Program-made: the position numbers and the translations under genes
Notes under the pieces: model-generated
Databases searched by the model: none
Told to the model about the DNA's origin: nothing
What the model saw: the letters and a program-made list of their open reading frames with translations, nothing else
NCBI GenBank assembly: GCA_001782165.1
Contig: MFNV01000002.1
Location: 81,002 to 145,001 of the forward strand
DNA: 64,000 bases
DNA from: Candidatus Levybacteria bacterium RIFCSPHIGHO2_01_FULL_41_15
Lineage (GTDB): Bacteria > Patescibacteriota > Microgenomatia > Levybacterales > UBA12049
Direction: 5' to 3'
Part shown: one piece after another, positions 10,195 through 19,246 of the stretch
Numbering within the stretch: the stretch's first letter is position 1
Layout: every line of letters starts with the position of its first letter

Positions 10195-11380
10195 ATCGCA
10201 AGGCTTCGATTGGAGAAAGTTTCGAGGCTCTTATAGCAGGAGCCATTCCAAATACAACTCCTACTATAACAGAAAATCCAAAAGCGATAAATACAGACCA
10301 TATTGTAACTTGAGATACCAAAAGTCTTGCAAGGATCAATGATCCTGTTATGCCTAGCATTATGCCGATTACTCCTCCTGTTAAGGAAAGAATAACTGCC
10401 TCAAGAAGAAATTGCTTTAATATATCAGCTCTTCTTGCGCCAAGTGCTTTTCTAAGACCTATTTCACGGGTTCTTTCTGTAACTGAAACAAGCATTATGT
10501 TTGCAACACCGATGCCTCCAACTAGAAGGGAAATTGCCGCAATGCCGCCCAAAGCAAGCGATAAAATATTAGTTACATTGGTGACAATTTCAAGACTTGA
10601 TTCTGCAGTTTGTATAGTGAATTCATCTTTGGTCAACCGTTTAAGAAGAACACTGCTAATCTGGTCTTTTATAAATGGAATTTGAGATTCGTTGTTTGCC
10701 GAGATATAAATAGCATTGACTTGATTTACGCCAAACTGCCTTTTAGCCGAAGATAAAGGAATTATGACAGTATTGTCCTGATCGATTCCAAAAATTGCTC
10801 CGCGTTTCTTTAAAACACCGATGACAGTGTAAATGTTGTTTCCTATAAAAAATCTTTTGCCGACAGGTTCCTCAAGTTCAAATAGGTTATTTTTAACGGT
10901 CTGTCCTATTACGGCAACTTTTGCACCTGATAACTCCTGGCTTTGGGAAAAATATCTTCCATGCTCAACGACCGCGTTCTTGACAGTCTTAGTATAATTT
11001 GCAGTTGTCCCAAGTATAGATGTTTCCTCGTCATCTTTGTTTTGATACTTTGCAGTTGTTATTTGCTGAATGACAGGTGCAATGTCGGCCACATTCTTTA
11101 ACTTTACCGAAAGATTTTGGGAATCTTGGATCAGAAGTTTATTTACCATAACTCCTCCGGGGGTTCTTGCGCCTCCTAGTCTTCCGGGAATTATAAATAT
11201 TAAATTTGACCCAAATCCCTGTATCTGATTTGTTATATACGTCTGAAGCCCTGAAGCAATTGAAACCAGAAGAATAATTGCAAATACGCCTATTACAATT
11301 CCTAAAGTTGTTAAAAAACTTCGAAGCTTATTTGCCAATAGCGCTCTCCATGACAGTTTTAGAAGTTCGTTTAAGTCCAT
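10187..11380 (-). CDS. MacB/FtsX-type ABC transporter permease
   Basis: [45 protein letters not shown]. Confidence 0.95.
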   Translation of the reverse strand: MDLNELLKLSWRALLANKLRSFLTTLGIVIGVFAIILLVSIASGLQTYITNQIQGFGSNLIFIIPGRLGGARTPGGVMVNKLLIQDSQNLSVKLKNVADIAPVIQQITTAKYQNKDDEETSILGTTANYTKTVKNAVVEHGRYFSQSQELSGAKVAVIGQTVKNNLFELEEPVGKRFFIGNNIYTVIGVLKKRGAIFGIDQDNTVIIPLSSAKRQFGVNQVNAIYISANNESQIPFIKDQISSVLLKRLTKDEFTIQTAESSLEIVTNVTNILSLALGGIAAISLLVGGIGVANIMLVSVTERTREIGLRKALGARRADILKQFLLEAVILSLTGGVIGIMLGITGSLILARLLVSQVTIWSVFIAFGFSVIVGVVFGMAPAIRASKLSPIEALRYE

Positions 11381-11382
11381 GT

Positions 11383-12057
11383 TTAGCTAATTTTTCCGTC
11401 AATAAGTTCAATAACTCTTTTTGCGTGTTTTGCGATATCTCTTTCGTGCGTTATGAGGATAATTGTTTTCCCTTCTCTATTCAATTTTTTTAACAAGCGC
11501 ATAACATCCTGTCCTGATTTTATATCCAGGTTTCCTGTTGGTTCGTCGGCCAAAATTAAATCGGGATTATTCATTAAGGCTCTTGCAATCGCAACTCTCT
11601 GTTGCTGTCCTCCTGAAAGCCGATTCGGTCTTTTGCTCTCTTGTTCAAGAAGGTCGAGTTTCAAAAGCAAGTTTCTTCCTTTTTCTTCCCTTGTTTTTTT
11701 ATCGACGCCGGCATAAATCCCTGGAAGGATAACATTTTCTAAAACCGTAGAACGAGGAAGAAGATTAAAGGATTGAAATACAAAACCTATTTTTCTGTTT
11801 CTTAGATCCGACAGTTCATCTTCTTTAAACTTTAAAACATCTGCTTCTTCAAGGATATATGAACCGTTTGTTGGAGTATCCAAAAGTCCGATAAGGTTCA
11901 TGAGGGTGGATTTTCCGGATCCCGACCTTCCTGTTATGGCGATAAACTCTCCCCGTTTTACCTTAAGGTAGATCCCCTTCAATACTTTTGTGACAACGTC
12001 ACCTATCACATAATCTTTGGTTATATTTATGAGATTTATTAACTCTTGATCTTTCAT
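11383..12057 (-). CDS. ABC transporter ATP-binding protein (LolD/MacB type)
   Basis: [32 protein letters not shown]. Confidence 0.96.
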   Translation of the reverse strand: MKDQELINLINITKDYVIGDVVTKVLKGIYLKVKRGEFIAITGRSGSGKSTLMNLIGLLDTPTNGSYILEEADVLKFKEDELSDLRNRKIGFVFQSFNLLPRSTVLENVILPGIYAGVDKKTREEKGRNLLLKLDLLEQESKRPNRLSGGQQQRVAIARALMNNPDLILADEPTGNLDIKSGQDVMRLLKKLNREGKTIILITHERDIAKHAKRVIELIDGKIS

Positions 12058-12065
12058 CTCTCACT

Positions 12066-13169
12066 TTAACGTCTTAAGAATCTTCTCAAAAATGGGATTC
12101 TCAAATCCCCTTGTTTTGGTATTGAGCTTATATCGCTTGCAATTGTGTCGTTTTCTGACAGCCCTTCTGTAATTTCTGCTCTTGTATCGCTCTGAAGTCC
12201 TAGTTTTACTTTTTTTTGCGAGAACCCGGATTCTGTTTTTACATATACATTATCGTCTTCAATGGCCGATAAAGGAACTGATAAAACATTATTTTTTTCG
12301 CTTATGATAATTTCGGCATTTCCATTCATCCCAACCCGATATTTGTAATCTTTGTAATCAGGAGGTATCGGTATCTTTGCCGATACGGTGAAAGCATCAC
12401 CTCCCGTTGATGTGGTATGAGATACGTAATCGATGCCATCAATAGTTAAAGCAAGTGTTTCATCGGGATAGGAATCGAGAACTACTCTTACTGATTGTCC
12501 TACTTTTACTTTTCCTATATCCGCCTGGTCTACGTCCATCTCAAAATTTAACGAATTTAAATCTGTTACCATAAATGTCGTTGTTGTTGAAATATTTATA
12601 CCTTGGGTTTCTGCATCTGCTTTTGTAATCACTCCTGATATTGGAGTTATAAGAGCAGACTCTTCTCTAGCAAGATCTGCAAGTTCAACCGACTTTACGG
12701 ATTTATCAAGATCATATTGATTATTTTGAAGAATTCTTCTCATGCTTTCATTTAATGCACCCTCGATGGTTCTATTTTGATTATTTTCTTTTGTTTGGTC
12801 AAAGGTAAGTCTCTGTTTTGAATAATCAATGAGCGCAATTTCTAAATTTTTCTGCACAGTTCGCTCGTCCAACGCTCCGATTGTCTGATTGGCATAAACA
12901 TAGTCCCCCTTTTTAACCCCCAAATAAACCAGCTTTCCTGAGACCCTAAAGCTTAAATTTACCGTGTTACTAGAGTCAACGCTGCCTGTAATAGAGATTG
13001 TTTGAGAAATATTTTCTTTTCTTACTTTTTCTGTGGCAACCGGAGTCTGTTCTCCGGGCTTAAAGACAAATAAAATTACTATAAGGGCTAGTAAAATAAC
13101 AAATGAAATTATTTTATGGATTTTTACAAATTGGATCGCAAAATCAACCCATTTTCTAAAATTCTTCAT
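12066..13169 (-). CDS. Efflux membrane-fusion (MacA/HlyD-like) adaptor subunit
   Basis: N-terminal TM, lipoyl-like VKKGDYV, PISGVI, DIGKVKVGQ; operonic with the ABC genes. Confidence 0.9.
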   Translation of the reverse strand: MKNFRKWVDFAIQFVKIHKIISFVILLALIVILFVFKPGEQTPVATEKVRKENISQTISITGSVDSSNTVNLSFRVSGKLVYLGVKKGDYVYANQTIGALDERTVQKNLEIALIDYSKQRLTFDQTKENNQNRTIEGALNESMRRILQNNQYDLDKSVKSVELADLAREESALITPISGVITKADAETQGINISTTTTFMVTDLNSLNFEMDVDQADIGKVKVGQSVRVVLDSYPDETLALTIDGIDYVSHTTSTGGDAFTVSAKIPIPPDYKDYKYRVGMNGNAEIIISEKNNVLSVPLSAIEDDNVYVKTESGFSQKKVKLGLQSDTRAEITEGLSENDTIASDISSIPKQGDLRIPFLRRFLRR

Positions 13170-13241
13170 AACGTAACTGAAGATTATACCACAGAAGGAA
13201 TAATAGTGCTATGGGATACGAAGTTTATGATAAATTTTTTG

Positions 13242-13314
13242 CGCGCCTGAAGGGAGTCGAACCCCCAACCCCTTCGTCCGAAGCGAAGTGCTCTATCCAT
13301 TGAGCTACAGGCGC
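13242..13314 (-). tRNA. tRNA-Arg(UCG)
   Basis: Reverse complement folds as a cloverleaf with anticodon arm CTTCG-CTTCGGA-CGAAG. Confidence 0.95.
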
Positions 13315-13317
13315 ACG

Positions 13318-13368
13318 GTTTACACTGAGCGATTCGGTTGAGCTCATCGTCGAAGCCTTGCCGAAGTG
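13318..13368. repeat. REP-like element (CTGAGC..TCGAAG family) between two tRNAs
   Basis: TACACTGAGCG..TTCGGTTGAGCTCATCGTCGAAGCCTTGCCGAAGTG; related to copies at 33247-33286, 37754-37790 and 58015-58060. Confidence 0.55.
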
Positions 13369-13441
13369 TGAGCCGCCGGCGAGTCGAACGCCGAACCGAT
13401 TCCTTAAGAGGGAATTGCTCTGCCAGTTGAGCTAGCGGCCC
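13369..13441 (-). tRNA. tRNA-Lys(CUU)
   Basis: GGGCCGC/GCGGCTC acceptor, anticodon arm ATTCC-CTCTTAA-GGAAT. Confidence 0.93.
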
Positions 13442-13519
13442 GTCCGCTAAATTATACTATAAGAGCTATATCATAACAACATTTACCTTCCTTCATATCC
13501 GACTACAATCATTTTGTTA

Positions 13520-13665
13520 ATCAGGTAGCGAAGTTGTTTCACCTTTAAGGTGACGAGCAAAACAGGTAGCGAGGCTATTTTAGTACCGTAGACTGTTCTA
13601 CTGTACAAAAACACGGGTAGCGAGACTTAAGACAGTGAAGCTGTTTCACCTCAAGGTGTTGGAAT
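13520..13665 (+). ncRNA. Candidate structured small RNA: three CRGGTAGCGA motifs each followed by a hairpin
   Basis: Motifs at 13522, 13563 and 13614; hairpins CACC-TTTAA-GGTG, GTAC.GTAGA-CTGT-TCTAC.GTAC and CACC-TCAA-GGTG; TACAAT at 13504. Confidence 0.45.
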
Positions 13666-13679
13666 ATAAAACGTTTAGC

Positions 13680-14345
13680 TTACCTTCGTAGTTTAATGTA
13701 GTTTTTAATCACTGATATAACATTATTAAGATCGCATGTCACAGATGCTCCGGCGTTTAAAAGTTCTTCCCTCGAGTGATTAGTTAGAACTCCAATTGGA
13801 ATAGCGCCAAATTCTTTTGCGATTTTCATATCCGCAGGGCTATCTGCAACAAAGATAGTTAAATTTGGTTTTCGTTCTTGGATTATCTGTCTAAAATGAT
13901 CAGCTTTTGAGCTGTTTCGACCACCAGTGCCCAATATTAAATCAAAATTGTGCGAAACACCGTTGAGATTTGCTAAATATTTAATTTCTTCTGTGGGAAT
14001 ACCGCTTGATATAAAAGTAAAATTAAAGTTAGTACGGGCAAATTTGAGAAGTTCCAGCGCCCCATCTAATAGCTTAACTTGCGGATAATATTTACTCTTC
14101 AATAAATTGCTGTATTCTGATTCAATAACTTCGTAGGTCTCATCTGCTAATTTCTTGCCAGAATGGTTTTCATAGAAATGATCAAATTTATATCTCCTTG
14201 AGGTTCCGCCTTTCTCCATCCAAAACCTTGATGCTTCATCTTTATCAACTCCCCATTCTCTATAAAGAAGTTCGCCGAATGCCGATGCTTTTTGAGGCTC
14301 AATATTAATAATTACTCCGTCATAATCTGTTCCAAAGATTTTCAT
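13680..14345 (-). CDS. HAD-superfamily hydrolase
   Basis: DYDGV motif I, SSG motif II, K, ADSPAD motif IV. Confidence 0.9.
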   Translation of the reverse strand: MKIFGTDYDGVIINIEPQKASAFGELLYREWGVDKDEASRFWMEKGGTSRRYKFDHFYENHSGKKLADETYEVIESEYSNLLKSKYYPQVKLLDGALELLKFARTNFNFTFISSGIPTEEIKYLANLNGVSHNFDLILGTGGRNSSKADHFRQIIQERKPNLTIFVADSPADMKIAKEFGAIPIGVLTNHSREELLNAGASVTCDLNNVISVIKNYIKLRR

Positions 14346-15001
14346 AGGAACTTATTTAAATTAAATGAGGTGCGGTGGATATCAGAGAGACCGTATTTTC
14401 TCATAGCCTTTTGATGATATTTGGTTCCATAACCTTTGTTACGGGAAAATCCGTATCCCGGATATTTTCTATTGAGTTTTTTCATTAATTTATCTCTATA
14501 AACCTTTGCAATAATTGATGCGGCGGCAATAGAAATGCTTTTTTGGTCACCTTTAATTATACCTTTTTGGTGGGAAAGCCCTACCCCGCGGATATAGCGG
14601 ATATGAAACCCGTCTGCTAAGACAAAAATAAGTGACCTGTTCTTCGCTTGGTTTGTTGTTCGCTTTATGGTAGCCATAATACATTTTCTCATTGCTTTTT
14701 GGGTTGCTTTTCCGATTCCAATTTTGTTTATCGTTGATATCCCTACTTTGGAAATAGCAAATGAGAGAACCTTTCTTTTTATTTCTTCTGAAAGAATCTT
14801 ACGGAGTTTTGGGGCAACAAGCTTTGAATCATTTATCTTTGAAAGTAGTCCGCCGTCAAGTTTATAGCCCTTTTTAAATATAACAGCGGCGGCAACAACT
14901 GGCCCTGCAAAGCATCCCCTTCCTACCTCATCCACCCCTATCACATAGACAATTCCTTTTCTCCACAGCTTTTTTTCCTCAGAAAAATTTGGAAATTTCA
15001 T
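14342..15001 (-). CDS. rnhB: Ribonuclease HII
   Basis: GVDEVGRG, DSK, DG, KGD..SISIAAASIIAKVYRD, HRTSF; likely start ATG 15001. Confidence 0.97.
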   Translation of the reverse strand: MKFPNFSEEKKLWRKGIVYVIGVDEVGRGCFAGPVVAAAVIFKKGYKLDGGLLSKINDSKLVAPKLRKILSEEIKRKVLSFAISKVGISTINKIGIGKATQKAMRKCIMATIKRTTNQAKNRSLIFVLADGFHIRYIRGVGLSHQKGIIKGDQKSISIAAASIIAKVYRDKLMKKLNRKYPGYGFSRNKGYGTKYHQKAMRKYGLSDIHRTSFNLNKFL

Positions 15002-15040
15002 AGAGTTATTATACAATTTTAATATTAATCTAAAAAATAC

Positions 15041-15445
15041 ATGAGGACAATCATAAGAAACATTGTTTTCTATTCATTTTCTTTATTCGCTCTGACTCAA
15101 ATTATTTCTGGAGTTAAAATTACAGGAGGAATTGAGACTTTTGTTTTGGGAGGAGCGGTATTGTCTATAATGTTTCTTATAATAAAACCAGTGCTTGACC
15201 TTATTGCTCTGCCTTTTAATTTACTTACGCTTGGAACGTTTTCTTTTCTTTCAAATACTGTGATTCTTTACCTTCTTACTCTTTTTGTTCCCGAAATTAA
15301 GGTAACGTCCTTTTTATTCAAAGGTTTTTCCTATTCAGGATTTATAATTCCCCGAACAGAAGTAAATCAAGTTTTTGCCCTTATAGTGTCAGGACTTACT
15401 CTATCTGCTATAATTACTTTCCTGACATGGTTAATAAGAAAATAG
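15041..15445 (+). CDS. YvlD/DUF360 (phage holin 4 family) membrane protein
   Basis: 4-TM protein with IKPVL..LPFNLLTLG motif. Confidence 0.8.
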   Translation: MRTIIRNIVFYSFSLFALTQIISGVKITGGIETFVLGGAVLSIMFLIIKPVLDLIALPFNLLTLGTFSFLSNTVILYLLTLFVPEIKVTSFLFKGFSYSGFIIPRTEVNQVFALIVSGLTLSAIITFLTWLIRK

Positions 15446-16380
15446 TTTGTCTTGGAGGCGGGGTGGGAACTGCCAATCTCCTCCGTGGTATTAAGGAGTA
15501 TTTCAACGATATTACCGTAGTCGTTTCAATGGCGGATGACGGAGGCTCTGCGGGAAGATTAAGGCGATATTACAAAACTTTTCCCACGGGTGATATTATA
15601 AATTGTTTGATTGCGCTATCGGAAGCAGACCGTACATTAATAGATCTTCTTAAGTACAGGTTTAAAGGACGAAGATATGGCCCTGATAATTTACTGCCCG
15701 GACAAAAACTTGGAAATCTTATTCTTGTCGCCTTGAGTTCAATAAAAGAGGATTTCAACAAAGGGCTTTTGGAGATTCAAAGGATATTTAAGACAAAAGG
15801 TAAAATTTACCCTTCTACCACAACCCCAATATCCATCTGGGCAAAAACATCCACAGGCCATATCGTAACAAGGGAAGAGAATATAGATCTTGGCAGATTC
15901 AAGGGGCAGATCAAAAAGCTCTTTATAAGACCCAAGAATCCCGATGTAGATGAAAAGGTACGCAAGTCTATAAGAAACGCAGATATAATAATAGCAGGCC
16001 CTGGAGATCTTTATACTACAATTCTTCCCGTTCTTATGGTACCGTCCATCCTTGGGGATATCAAAAAATCAAATGCAGAAAAGTTATTTGTTGTAAATGT
16101 AGCGAATAAGCCGTTTGAAACACCAAGATACACAATAGAAGACTTTGCGCAGGCTATAAAAAAGCACTGCGGAGATATCATTTTTAATACCTTTTTGATA
16201 AATAATAACCAAAAGCCTGAAATCCCACAACAGTGGCGACATCAATATAAATATGTACCTCTTTTAAATGGGCAGAATAGGTACCCCTTCAAAGTAATCG
16301 AAGATGATGTGGTTTATGAAGGTTTTCCTCTCTATCACGATTCGGAAAAACTTGCAAAAGCAATTGCAAAGAATATATAA
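15427..16380 (+). CDS. YvcK/UPF0052 (CofD-like) protein
   Basis: GGGVG, DDGGSAGRLR, PTGD, GNL, GPGDLYT motifs. Confidence 0.9.
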   Translation: MVNKKIVCLGGGVGTANLLRGIKEYFNDITVVVSMADDGGSAGRLRRYYKTFPTGDIINCLIALSEADRTLIDLLKYRFKGRRYGPDNLLPGQKLGNLILVALSSIKEDFNKGLLEIQRIFKTKGKIYPSTTTPISIWAKTSTGHIVTREENIDLGRFKGQIKKLFIRPKNPDVDEKVRKSIRNADIIIAGPGDLYTTILPVLMVPSILGDIKKSNAEKLFVVNVANKPFETPRYTIEDFAQAIKKHCGDIIFNTFLINNNQKPEIPQQWRHQYKYVPLLNGQNRYPFKVIEDDVVYEGFPLYHDSEKLAKAIAKNI

Positions 16381-16388
16381 TTTTATTT

Positions 16389-16601
16389 ATGTTTTTTATA
16401 AAATTTATCCAAATTATAATACCGATTGCTTTAATAGGAACAATACTTCTTCAAGTTCAGGGATCGGGGTTGTCAAGGACTTTCGGCGGAGGCGGAGAAT
16501 TTTATCGAAGCAAACAAAGTATAGAAAAAATATTGATTTGGGCAACCGTTGTTCTTGCTTTTTTGTTTGGACTCATATCTCTGCTTTTTTCCGCTAAATA
16601 A
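16389..16601 (+). CDS. secG: Preprotein translocase subunit SecG
   Basis: ILLQ..GSGLS..FGG, two TMs, 70 aa. Confidence 0.85.
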   Translation: MFFIKFIQIIIPIALIGTILLQVQGSGLSRTFGGGGEFYRSKQSIEKILIWATVVLAFLFGLISLLFSAK

Positions 16602-16616
16602 TATAAAATTGTTTTT

Positions 16617-17972
16617 ATGATCGTATTCAGACGGCGCCTGATTTTTTGGCTGATCAGAGCATATTTTAAGAAATGGGGAAAAACAATTCTTGTTTTCTTT
16701 ATACTTGGGCTTCTCGTATTTTTTGCGCTCAGATATTTTGTAAGAATAATACCTTCGGCTTTTCCTTTTCTTTCAAGAGAAACTGTGGGAATTGCGGGTA
16801 CATATACAATTAATGACCTTCCTCCCTCAATTTTTTACAAAATTTCAAGAGGGCTTACATTTGTTGACAAAGGTAGCGTCGTAAGACCCGATATTGCAAA
16901 AAGCTGGAAAATCGGGAACAATGGAAAGGAGTACACGTTTTATTTAAAAAATAATATCTACTTTGCAGACGGAACTCATTTTACATCAAAATATATAAAC
17001 TACAACTTCAAAGATACGCAGGTTAAAAGGCCCGATGACTATACGATTACCTTCGTCCTTAAAGAACCATACTCGCCTTTTCCTGTCACAGTAGCAAGAC
17101 CTATTTTTAAAAAGGGATTTGTCGGTGTAGGAGATTATCGGGTTAAATATATAAAATTTAATGGAGATTTTGTATCCTCTATTGATCTTGTGTCAAATTT
17201 TGAACCACCTCATATTATAAGATATCAATTTTTTCCTACTGAGGAGGCTTTAAAAATGGGCTTTGTTGTGGGTGATGTTTCAAGAGCTTTAGGAATTCAT
17301 GACCCCTTGTTTAAAGGAAAAAAATTAACTTCATTCAAGTCTGTAAAATCCTCAAGATCACTTGATGAGAAAAAACTGGTGACAGTTTTCTATAATACAA
17401 AAGATCCCACTCTTTCTGATAAAAGGGTGCGGGAAGCTTTTTTTTATGCAATGCCCGATGCTTTTGAGGATGGAGAACGGAATTCTTCCCCCTTTTCCCC
17501 AAGTTCATGGGCAAGTACGGGAACCAAAATTTCTCTTCAGGATTTAGTGCATGCCAGGGAACTCATATCTTCCTCGGAATCCGCATCGAAATCCTCAGGT
17601 CTTACATTTACGCTTAAGACTCTCCCCCAGCACAGAAAAACCGCAAATATTATTAAAGAGAACTTCAAAAAAATTAATGCCATTCTTAAAATTGAGGAAG
17701 TTGATTCAGTTCCATCTCAATTCCAACTTTTTTTGGGAGATTACAACCTGCCCAAAGATCCCGATCAGTATACCTTATGGCACTCAGAACAAACAAGTAA
17801 TATAACGGGGTACAAGAATCTTAGAATTGATAAGCTTCTTGAAGACGGCAGAAGAGTCTCTGACATTAACGAAAGGAAGAAAATTTACACTGATTTTGAA
17901 AAGTATCTTCTTGATGATCCGCCGGCTTCTTTTCTCTATCTTCCCTATACTTATACTATTTTCAGAGACTAG
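16617..17972 (+). CDS. ABC transporter substrate-binding protein, family 5 (peptide/nickel)
   Basis: PDIAKSW...YTFYLK...FADG, DPDQYTLWHS, NITGY. Confidence 0.85.
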   Translation: MIVFRRRLIFWLIRAYFKKWGKTILVFFILGLLVFFALRYFVRIIPSAFPFLSRETVGIAGTYTINDLPPSIFYKISRGLTFVDKGSVVRPDIAKSWKIGNNGKEYTFYLKNNIYFADGTHFTSKYINYNFKDTQVKRPDDYTITFVLKEPYSPFPVTVARPIFKKGFVGVGDYRVKYIKFNGDFVSSIDLVSNFEPPHIIRYQFFPTEEALKMGFVVGDVSRALGIHDPLFKGKKLTSFKSVKSSRSLDEKKLVTVFYNTKDPTLSDKRVREAFFYAMPDAFEDGERNSSPFSPSSWASTGTKISLQDLVHARELISSSESASKSSGLTFTLKTLPQHRKTANIIKENFKKINAILKIEEVDSVPSQFQLFLGDYNLPKDPDQYTLWHSEQTSNITGYKNLRIDKLLEDGRRVSDINERKKIYTDFEKYLLDDPPASFLYLPYTYTIFRD

Positions 17973-19246
17973 GACTTAACTGTTTTTGAAAAGATCGTTC
18001 TGTGGTATGAAACGGCAAACCTGTGGGCTTCATCCCGAATTCTCATTACTAAATGTAAAGCTTTGGAGTTCTTTGGTAATTTAATTACGGCAAAATCCGA
18101 TGTTACTATTGTTTCTTCTCTTTTTGCAATTCCGATTAGAGGAATATCAAGATTTTTTCTTTTGAATACTTTTTGAGCAGAAGATACCTGTCCTTTCCCT
18201 CCATCTATTATTATCAAATCTGGAAATGGCCATTCCCTATGATTTAGTCTGCGCGATACAACTTCTGAAATCATCGCAAAGTCATTTGGTTTTCCTTTTG
18301 TAAATCTTATCTTAAATCTTCTATAAAGTGATGTTTCTTTTTCTCCGTTTATAAAAACAACCATGGAGCCTGTGGAAAACTTTCCTGAGATATTTGATAT
18401 GTCGAAAGATTCGATTCTTTTAAGTGAGGAGACTTGCGACTCTGTGTTTTTAAGTTCTTTTTTTAAGACCAACAGCTCTTCATTTTTTATATCTTCTTTT
18501 AGATTGGGATTAACTTGAGAGTCAAAAGAGGGATAAGAAGGACTTGTAGCAATTAGAATCGAGTTTATTTTTTCCTGAAGATTATTTGCTTTTTCATATT
18601 CTTCCTTTTTGCTTTCCGTATCTCTTTCTTTTTCTAAATCTCTTAGTACTTTTTTTGTTCCCCCCGATAGAAAGTTAATTATATGATTTATGTTTTTTCT
18701 ATATTTCTTTTTAAGATTTTCACTGTCAAAAACAGGCGGGCATGGACATAACCTCAGATGGTTATAAAGACAGATTCTTTTCGGGTGGCTTAGAGCAGAT
18801 TGAAAGGGAAATATTTTCCTGATTGTTTTTAAAACAAGCCTCATAGCCCCTGTATTAGGATAAGGACCAAAATAAATTGAGTTTTTGTCGTCTTGTCTTC
18901 TTGCTATAAGGACCTTAGGATACTTATCTTTTTTGGTAATTCTGATAAGGGGATATACTTTTCCGTCTGTAAGTCGTAAATTGTAGAAAGGTAAATATTT
19001 TTTTATGTAATTTGCTTCAAGAAGGAGAGCTTCTATTTCGGAGTGAGCTTTTACTGCTTTTACTTTATGTGTTTTTTTTATGAGGATTCGGGTTTTTTCT
19101 CCTAAGCTTTTACGGTTGGCAAAATAACTTGTGACCCTTTTTTTTAGGTTATTTGCTTTTCCGACATAAAGGACACTACCCTTTTTGTCCAAAAAAAGGT
19201 ATATTCCAGGATTTGAAGGCAAGTGCTGATATAAAAATTGCGACAA
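17969..19246 (-). CDS. uvrC: Excinuclease ABC subunit C (short form lacking the C-terminal HhH)
   Basis: PGIYLF..LYVGKA GIY-YIG domain, UVR coiled coil, FDISN, IDGGKGQ, RDEAHRFA. Confidence 0.92.
   Translation of the reverse strand: MSQFLYQHLPSNPGIYLFLDKKGSVLYVGKANNLKKRVTSYFANRKSLGEKTRILIKKTHKVKAVKAHSEIEALLLEANYIKKYLPFYNLRLTDGKVYPLIRITKKDKYPKVLIARRQDDKNSIYFGPYPNTGAMRLVLKTIRKIFPFQSALSHPKRICLYNHLRLCPCPPVFDSENLKKKYRKNINHIINFLSGGTKKVLRDLEKERDTESKKEEYEKANNLQEKINSILIATSPSYPSFDSQVNPNLKEDIKNEELLVLKKELKNTESQVSSLKRIESFDISNISGKFSTGSMVVFINGEKETSLYRRFKIRFTKGKPNDFAMISEVVSRRLNHREWPFPDLIIIDGGKGQVSSAQKVFKRKNLDIPLIGIAKREETIVTSDFAVIKLPKNSKALHLVMRIRDEAHRFAVSYHRTIFSKTVKS

Noticed and set aside
13520-13665. CRISPR array or SRP RNA
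   Set aside because: The conserved unit is only about 10 nt, the 'spacers' are hairpins with internal duplication, there are no cas genes, and the SRP GGAA tetraloop/AGCAG motif is absent.
15041-15445. Prophage suggested by the holin-family protein
   Set aside because: It is a YvlD/DUF360 housekeeping-type gene next to yvcK-secG; no phage genes are in the window.
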